Positions 55,798 through 64,000 of a stretch of DNA of 64,000 nt are shown one piece after another; position 1 is the first letter of the stretch, and each line of letters starts with the position of its first letter. Source of the stretch: a virus (lineage: Duplodnaviria; Heunggongvirae; Uroviricota; Caudoviricetes). The stretch is taken from IMG/VR virus record IMGVR_UViG_3300021399_000096, one strand, 5' to 3'. The translations under genes were made by a program, and so were the position numbers. The notes under the pieces were generated by a model that was not told the origin of the DNA, did no database searches, and saw nothing but the letters and a program-made list of their open reading frames with translations.

Positions 55798-57213
55798 TTA
55801 CCAATCTTCATCTTCCCAATCATCTCTATCAACATCAACATCAGGATCTTTATAATCATACATATCTTCGTGATTAGGAACTTCCCATAATCTATTTTGA
55901 ATAATATAAAGAACTGTTTGTCTTAATAAACGCATTACTAATTCTTCATATTGCTTATCATCTAAATCACAGTATGCTCTATCAACAAATGAAAATATTT
56001 TTTTAACTGTTATCCATAATGGATTATTCATTGTAGTTGGAGTAATATTTGCATACATAAATCTAACAGCAGGATTAACGGTTTCACGGCCATATCCTTC
56101 ACCGGCTTTATCACCATCATTATAATAACGATATGCAATACGTTCAGCTGCTCTTAATAATTCACCACCTAATGAATCTGCATGTCCAGAACCTGGAACT
56201 AATGCATCAAATAAAATTTCAGAATCTTTTTCAGTATTAATTTCTCTAGCACCATCATCCACATCTCCTACTAAATCTGCAAATTCATCACCATATTTTT
56301 CTCTAATATCTGGTTCTTCACCTTCAAATAATTGTGATTCATTTATACCTCGAGAATCTAATTCATCTTGAATTTGCTGAGCTTCTGAATCATATCCTTT
56401 TCTTTTGCAAATTCCAAGATTCATTATTAATTTATCTGTAGAGCATGCTTTGACATTTTGTTTTCTTTTTCCTTCATGCCATTTGTCCATTTTACTTTCA
56501 GCATCTTCTTTGTCAGCTTTTGTTAAATCTTCGGTAACAGATTTTTTATTTGTTTTGATTTTAACTGATTCATCTAAATCTTCATCATCGAAGTCTTTAT
56601 AAATTTCATCCTTATGTGCAAAGAACCAATTTATAGTTTTTGTAATTTCAGGTGCATTAATTATAATTGTGTCAATGAACACACTAACAACACCATAATA
56701 ATCTTTAATTTCAATATCACGGAATTCCATTGGATCATCTAAATCAATATGAACCCAACCTCTGCCATACATTGTTTCAATTGAGAACTCATCATCTAAA
56801 TGATATTGTATATAATCGATTACACCATCTTTGGTTACAATATTTTCATCTAAATAATCTTTAACATCCGATACATATACATGGCCTTCAATTATTCCAC
56901 CATTTACGGTTTTTTGTTCATCATCAAATTCATCAATAACATCACCATTATAATATATACCATCAGATGTTACACCATCATAATAATCTTCAGCCTTCCA
57001 TTCTACTAATGAATCACTTAAAGATGCTTTAAATCTAAAAATAGGTTCACCATTTGAATCTTTGCTTCTACGTATTGAATTTATATCTATTTCATCAATG
57101 GCAAGTCCACTAATAGATACTGTATATCCAGCGCCTGCTCCTTCATTTAATGTTTTTCCAAGAGCTTTTGATACTGATTCCATTATTGATTTATGTAAAA
57201 GTTTTTTATTCAT
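55798..57213 (-). CDS. leader-bearing acidic protein (candidate internal head protein)
   Basis: MNKKLLHKSIMESVSKALGKTLNEG; internal LDES and GINESQLFEG. Confidence 0.7.
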   Translation of the reverse strand: MNKKLLHKSIMESVSKALGKTLNEGAGAGYTVSISGLAIDEIDINSIRRSKDSNGEPIFRFKASLSDSLVEWKAEDYYDGVTSDGIYYNGDVIDEFDDEQKTVNGGIIEGHVYVSDVKDYLDENIVTKDGVIDYIQYHLDDEFSIETMYGRGWVHIDLDDPMEFRDIEIKDYYGVVSVFIDTIIINAPEITKTINWFFAHKDEIYKDFDDEDLDESVKIKTNKKSVTEDLTKADKEDAESKMDKWHEGKRKQNVKACSTDKLIMNLGICKRKGYDSEAQQIQDELDSRGINESQLFEGEEPDIREKYGDEFADLVGDVDDGAREINTEKDSEILFDALVPGSGHADSLGGELLRAAERIAYRYYNDGDKAGEGYGRETVNPAVRFMYANITPTTMNNPLWITVKKIFSFVDRAYCDLDDKQYEELVMRLLRQTVLYIIQNRLWEVPNHEDMYDYKDPDVDVDRDDWEDEDW

Positions 57214-57236
57214 TTTTAAAATTACATTTATTTTAA

Positions 57237-58283
57237 TTAAATATCATATGCATCAATTTTATTTTCACTGACAACATCTGCCATCCAATCATCTATTATT
57301 CCATTATCAAATAATTCTGCTGTAACTGGATCAATAAATACTTCATCAAATGGTGGAAGTTCTTCATCACCATATTTTTCAACATATAGCATAATAGATT
57401 CAGCTAAACCTCTTTGCTCTTCTTGATGCAATTGACTCCATCCTTCAACTGTTGCAAACAATGGAAGTGTATGTTCAGAACTAATATTATCATTTAAAAA
57501 ATATTTAATTCCATCAATCCATGCTCCAGTATCAGCTTGAACATCTAACCCTTCATCTTCATAATCTTCTCGTGAAGAATAATCATTGCGGTATTCGCCT
57601 TCATTAATAGCTTTTTTAACTTGTTTTGCAACTGAAAACATTATAGATTCATATAATTTCTTTGTATCTTTCATATTTTCAAATAAATTCTTTTTATATT
57701 TATTTTTTAATTTTTCTGTAACTTCATAATAATTCATGTCATTGACAAGCATTGCCATTGGGAAATTATATTTCATTGTACTTGGCAAATTATCAAAAAG
57801 ATCATAAAAACCCGCCATGTTATATAATCTTTTAACGATTCTATCTTTAGCTACGCATAAAATCATATTAAAAGTATGGTTTGAAGACAAATTTTTAAAT
57901 GGGTATTTGTCTGGATGTTCACAATACTGTTTAATAAAATTAAATATAACTTTAATAGTATTAAATGACCGGTATTCTTTAAATATTTCTAATACATCTA
58001 TACATAATGGATTATGGTTATTAAAACTATCTGCCCACTATTTAGATATTTTGTAGAAAAAATTATATAATGTGCAGTTATCACTATAATTATTTAAAAA
58101 TATATAACCAATTGGTATATCATTTTTAAAAATTATAATTTTTATATCTGTTTCATAATTTTTAATTTTATTATTTTCAAACTATAAATATTGAGTCAAT
58201 TCAGAATGATTATCAGATAATAATTGCTATATTTCATTATCTAAACACACTCGAAAATCATATGTTTTTGGAACTCCTATCAC
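57237..58283 (-). CDS. hypothetical protein with internal leader motif; start uncertain (GTG 58283 or ATG 57674)
   Basis: Frame is open over 3 TAG. MKDTKKLYESIMFSVAKQVKKAINEG begins at 57674. Confidence 0.5.
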
Positions 58284-58302
58284 TATTATATTATTTGTAT
58301 TT

Positions 58303-59064
58303 TTACCATTGAATCAAATCATATGTTATAGCAATGCCTATAGACCCACCTGCATTTACACCAACACCATTGTTAATTAAATCATATCCAACGTTTAATC
58401 CAGCACCCAAATAAAGGCTGAGACCCCAGCGTTTCTGTTTATAATAATTTTTCAATGTTGGAGAATTCATTGGATCTATAACAACACTTTGTTTAACACC
58501 TAAATTCATATATGGGTTATCAGATTTAGCAATAACCGCAAGTTGTTCTCCGTTATCAATAACGTCTAATGTCAAATTTGCATTTACTTGCATATTTTCA
58601 ATAAAGGTTTTTGACGAATCTGGATCATTAAAATTTGCAGTTGATTCACCACTTATTTTATAATAATCTTTATCTGATGCATCCCAACACCATGCAAGCA
58701 ATGAATCATTAGACATTGCATTATGAGTATTAGTATTAACAGAATCAATATTAGTTACTACTTCAGTTTTTGTAATAACTATTGGATTGTCTTTCAATGA
58801 TTTATATTCTTTATACAATTCATCATTATATGCCTATAATTGTTCAGCTTTTAGAATATATGTATTTTTAGCTGAATATTCTTCATTATATTTGTTTTTG
58901 TAAATATATGTAGAATCATTCCAAATAACCACTTGGCCTTCAGCTTTTTGATATTTGTGATAATATATTCCGCAACCGATTCCAAGCAAAAGAATTATAA
59001 TTCCAAGTGCAATTATAATCCAGTCTTTTGCATCTAGTTTATGTTCTTTATTAGTTTCATACAT
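58303..59064 (-). CDS. membrane-anchored coiled-coil protein, spanin/Rz-like as in Bacteroidota phages (253 aa, code 15)
   Basis: Joined via TAG 58834. N-terminal TM helix; C-terminal KRWGLSLYLGAG...ITYDLIQW. Confidence 0.55.
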
Positions 59065-59081
59065 AATATGTTAATTATTAA

Positions 59082-60338
59082 TTATTTTTTAACTTTTCTT
59101 GGACTATATCCACTAGATAAAGAGGTTTGCATACTTCCTAATGTTTGAGATGGTCTGGCAGAAGACTATTGTTCAGCTACAGATGCAACAGTTTTAATAG
59201 TTGAATATTGACCAATATTAGCAGCAGTTTTTGTAATAGATTCTTTCTATTCCACCATCGCAGTATTTTTAATGAGAACCTTACTTAATTTAGATTTATC
59301 TAATGTATAAAGTGATTTAGCAGTTTGTTTCCCATAATTAATTTTTAATGTTAAAATATCTGTATTATCATCTGCAATATTATTAAAATTCAATGAAGAA
59401 TTTAATGAGAAATAAATTTTGATATCTCCTGAAATTTTAGTAGCATTGTCTGTTTTGAATGTGAGAATTGTTCCAGTTTCAGAACCAGAGAAGCTGGCAA
59501 ATGGAAGACAGATAGAATTTGTAGTATTAGATGTAGATTCATTATTAGTTTGAAGAGAAGTAATTATTTCCTAAACTGCTTCAGTATCATTTAAAGTTGT
59601 TGTAACTTCAGCTATATTTTCTTCATTAGTTATCTAATCAGTTTTAACTACTACATCTATTCCATTATCTGTTTCATAAAACTCAAGGACTGTTCCATCA
59701 TCTAATTCAGTGGTACCATCCGGAGTTGTGCTTCCACCACTAGTTGTAGATCCTGCACCCTATTCATTTAATGGTGTAATAGTCCAGTCGCCAAGTTCGG
59801 AAAGAGCATCCCTGCCATATTTTTCTACATATGCCTATACAACATTTCTAACAAATGCATTAGTAAGCGTTGTTGTATCATCTGTGTGTGGCGGTCTTAT
59901 AGTAGGTGCTTGATTTGGACCATTAACGTTGTCAGTATTATTAGTATTAGATGTAGTTTCTGGACTTTCAATATATTTAACCGGAATTCCATTCAAATAT
60001 AATCCGCTAATAGTTTTATTAGAATATACATAAAATATATTAGCACCGTCCTACACATTAGAAAATACTCCGCAAGGACGAGAATATGTAGATTTGTCCG
60101 ATGATGGAATTTGCAATTCAGAATTTTGCAATTTAACATAATTATTATCATTATCAATTCTGAATTTTAATGCTTCAATTGCAGATTCTGCCATATCTAA
60201 TCTTTCTGTTAAATTAGATATTACATCATTAAACTATTCAACGACATAATTGATAGAAACTGACCAATCTTGCCAACGTTTAAGATTATTGTCATCTTGT
60301 CTTTTTCTCAATTCATAAATGGAACTATTTCCTGCCAT
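59082..60338 (-). CDS. hypothetical structural protein (418 aa, code 15)
   Basis: Absent from the code-11 track. Open with about 8 TAG from ATG 60338 to TAA 59082. Confidence 0.7.
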
Positions 60339-60441
60339 AAATCATTAAATTTATTATTTTTATATGTTATTTATTTATGCATTGTAAAAACTGTAGCTAG
60401 AACTTTTGTTATAATAAATAATAAAACAATAATTGTAATTT

Positions 60442-63400
60442 ATGGGTAATATAAATGGCATAATAAAAATGTCAAATAATTAGAAAGATTTAATTATTAA
60501 ACTTGAAGATATAATAGATAATATTTCAAGCAATATTGATGTTTCTATTGATTATGGAAATATTAGTGAATGTCAGAATATTAGAATGAATGGTATTAAG
60601 TTATCAAAATCTAATGAATGCCATTATAATAATGTTTCATCTGCAATTATAACATTATCTTTAGATGATTTCATTTTAGATGACAATACAGATTATATTA
60701 CTATTAATTTATGTGTTTCTGCTGAAGAAGACCACTATATATTCCCAATTTATATTACCAATAATACATTAGATTAGTATAAATTTTATAATAAATCCGC
60801 ATCAATGATTGCATCTAATATGGAATCATTTATGTTACTTAGAACAAATCCTAAATTGACAGGTAATGTTAAATTAGTTGTAACTGAAGATTATAATTTA
60901 TACTTAGATACTTTCAAAATTTCTGAAAATTCTATTTTAAATAAACAAGAATATCGCCATCAAGCTATTGGAGCCAATGGCGACTATCCACATGACGTTT
61001 ACCATGTATTCAAATTTTTGCCAGCAACTGAAATGTATGGTATCTATCCAGATAGTTATGATCCGCATATCAGTTATCATAAGATGGATGATCAAATTAG
61101 AAACATATATGAATATGGTGCTGAATATAATTCTGACAAGCTTTATTCAGAAAATATGAAAATTCTTGCACCATTATATATTGGCAAACATCTTCCAACT
61201 TTCTTTGCTATTTGGAGAACTGATAGATTAATAACTCCAGATAATACTATTTCTAATAGTGATGTATTTAAGGACATGTTGAATACTGGAAAATGCGTCA
61301 AGATTTTTGATTTACGTCGTTCAACATCTATTGGAAAATATTTGAATAATTATCAAGAAATGATAACTAAATATTTTGCAGGTTCATGTGCATTACAATT
61401 TATTGAGTAGGATAATGATCCATATTCAGCTGACCATAGACAAGGACAAAATACATGGAAAGGTGTTGCGTATGATAGAGGAATTTTAACAGATAGAAAT
61501 GAAACTACATATTTTGCAACATAGACCTTAGAAGGTGAGCACCCACAAGAAAATTATGATATGTTCTTAGTTAATGGATTTTCTCGCAATAAACTATTAT
61601 TCCCTAATATTATTAACTTGGAATTTATGTTTAATGATCCAACAGCTGAAGATTTTTCAATGTATAATTATTTTGGATTATATTTAACTGAAAATGATTT
61701 TATATCATTCAACCAAGTTATTAAAAACGGGAATGATATTAATTATACTTTAGATTATTATGATACATCAGATAATATTATCAAATTAGATTCTACGACT
61801 ATCGATATTATTGAAAATGATGATTATTTAGATAGAATTTTCTTTGCAACCACAAATATTGCTGCAGTAGATTTGAAAACAATGGATGATTTCAATTTAT
61901 TTGCTAAAAATGAAGCTGCAAATAAACCATATGAAAATCTAATTCAAATTGGCGGTTCAGAATTAAATGTTCCTATAGAAGATAAAGCATTCTTGTCAAT
62001 GGACTTTACAAAACAAATCAGATATGGAGAGCATTTTAAATTTATAATTCCAAAATATGAAATATCTGAAAATGAAACACAACAAGTTGTTTTTGAAGTT
62101 ATTGCATCAAATGACATTAGATTAGTAGATACAAACAATAATATTAGCCCATACGTATAGACAAATACTACTAGACGGCCAATAGATAAACAAGATGATA
62201 ATACTAAAATTTATAGAGTTACATTTTATACTTAGGATTTGAATGATGCAACCTCATAGGCGACATTAGCTGAACAAATTCAACGACTCGGTGCAGCAAT
62301 TGGAAAATTTGATAATGTTTTAAGAGTTGGTTCTGACGGCGAAGAATCTATATCTATTATTTCAACTGTTAAAGATGTTTATTTTCAACATATAATGGCT
62401 GACGAGTATTTTGAAGATGAAGTTGTTAATGATACTTTAAGATACTATAATTACAATAATGTTCAACCATGCGAATATATTGAATATAATAATGATTTTT
62501 ATAAATTGAATCATATGCCATTAGCAAATAATGGATTAGAAGAAACATTAAATAGATATGCAAATATTGTTAAATTTATTAACTTTGAAGATTTTAAAAA
62601 CAAATATATTTATGAAATTGACAAAGATATTTATGAAGAAACAAATAAAGTTGCACACCCATTAGTTTATACTGTTAATGGTTACTATCCAATGATCCAC
62701 TTTAATAATAATGATGGTGATTTAGTTTTTGTAGATACAGTAGATACTTCAACTGCAGAAAATACCAAATTTTCACTTGAAGGAGATAATTGGATTTCTA
62801 TTATTTCTCCATATGGTGTTGAAAAATCTATTATTTGTGCACCATTTAAAGTTGAATTTATTAATAGATAGATTAATATATGTTCTCCAATGCCATTAAA
62901 TGTGGCATTAATGGGTATCAATAACATTAAAGATATTGATGTTTATACAAATAATGCATATACAGAAAATCATTATACATCAGCTTCTGCAACATTTAGT
63001 AAAGGCGAAGTAGTTAAACTAGACAATAGTGATGCACGACTTAGAAAATTTGTTCCATATTCAATAATTTATGGTTCAATATAGGGAATTGATACTGCGT
63101 CCATTAATAGCTTTGTGATTTTGCCAAATAAAATTATATATACTAGTGCAGATTCTGGAGAATAGGTAGAAATACCATTAGATGTAAATGAATTAGTATT
63201 TGAAGAAGATACTGAATTGATGCTTACATCAACTAATACATTAGATTTATACAATTATACTGTTGATTATCCAGCATTGAATGAAGACTATTATTATATT
63301 AACAATGTAGACAAACCAAATTCTAATTTGTTAATTCCATTAGTTCCATCTATTAATTGCCAATGGAAATCAAGTGGAACATATTTTGATACTTAGTCAG

Positions 63401-64000
63401 TTTTAAATGTCGATTATTTAATTAATGATTATGATATTGTTGGAAACTTTGTTGAATGTCAATATACTCCTGGTGCAAGTAACCAATATATTATAGATTC
63501 TCTTCATGACATTATTAATATAGGTGGAAAAGATGAATCAATTTATGAATATATTCTTAAAACTGGAAATATTAAGAAATATCTGTGCAACAATGATAAG
63601 ATTCAAACCGCTATAGGTTATTATAATCCATATGTTCAGACACTTGAATTTATTTTCTATGGAATCAAATTTATATTCAAATTGACATCAAATGAATACA
63701 GTAATGAAATCAAGCTTAATGAATATAATAATTATGAAGTATTTATAATTAATGATTATAATGGTACAAATACTAATGAAATAATTATATCAAAGAAAGA
63801 AGAATTTATTTTAATTATCAATCACGTTTATAAACCTGGTTATTATTATGGCAATTCAAATGTAATAATGTATAAAAACAATATTATGCAAGACGTTACA
63901 TATGATTGGTATAAAACTCCATTTAACTATGAATTGCAATATATTTCTAATATTAATAACAATATCTATATTAACAAATCAACATCATATTTATTAAATG
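60442..64000 (+). CDS. giant virion structural protein (>1186 aa, runs off the window, code 15), possibly baseplate
   Basis: Five track ORFs share one frame, joined only by TAG, and the frame stays open to base 64000. Contains LLRTNPKLTGNVKLVV. Confidence 0.75.

Noticed and set aside
5600-64000. Widespread pseudogenisation suggested by the many short ORF fragments
   Set aside because: Interruptions are exclusively TAG, never TAA/TGA or frameshifts, and TAG falls on Gln positions. Recoding explains them.

Overview
Very AT-rich, gene-dense segment of a large tailed-phage genome. It most resembles the Lak-type megaphages of Prevotella/Bacteroidota (inference from composition, genetic code and a Bacteroidota-type tmRNA tag). 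The main result is that TAG is read as Gln (genetic code 15). Dozens of fragments in the supplied code-11 ORF track join in frame across TAG codons into full genes ending in TAA/TGA. TAG also falls at positions where repeats or family motifs require Gln. Under code 15 the window contains: sugar-modifying enzymes (kinase, KdsC-like HAD, GT25, GT2/92-Stealth-like fusion, PLOD-like GT); a 710-aa peptidase M15 lysin fusion; a MoxR-type AAA+ / HExxH peptidase / vWA triad; a block of small TAG-poor genes with a TorF-like porin; a LAGLIDADG-like gene; a hidden 464-aa TnpB-related RuvC nuclease with about 20 TAG codons; a GIY-YIG-like gene; acidic proteins sharing a KKALYESIM..VAKEVKKALNE leader; about 19 kb of fibre/adhesin genes (BspA LRRs, SHAEG repeats, a C-type-lectin gene with a DGR-like variable tail); a complete tmRNA and smpB; holin-like and spanin-like genes; a CofE-like ligase; and the start of a giant structural ORF. 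Translations were done by hand and family calls rest on remembered motifs; no database searches were run. No CRISPR array, tRNA, reverse transcriptase or TnpA was found in the window.
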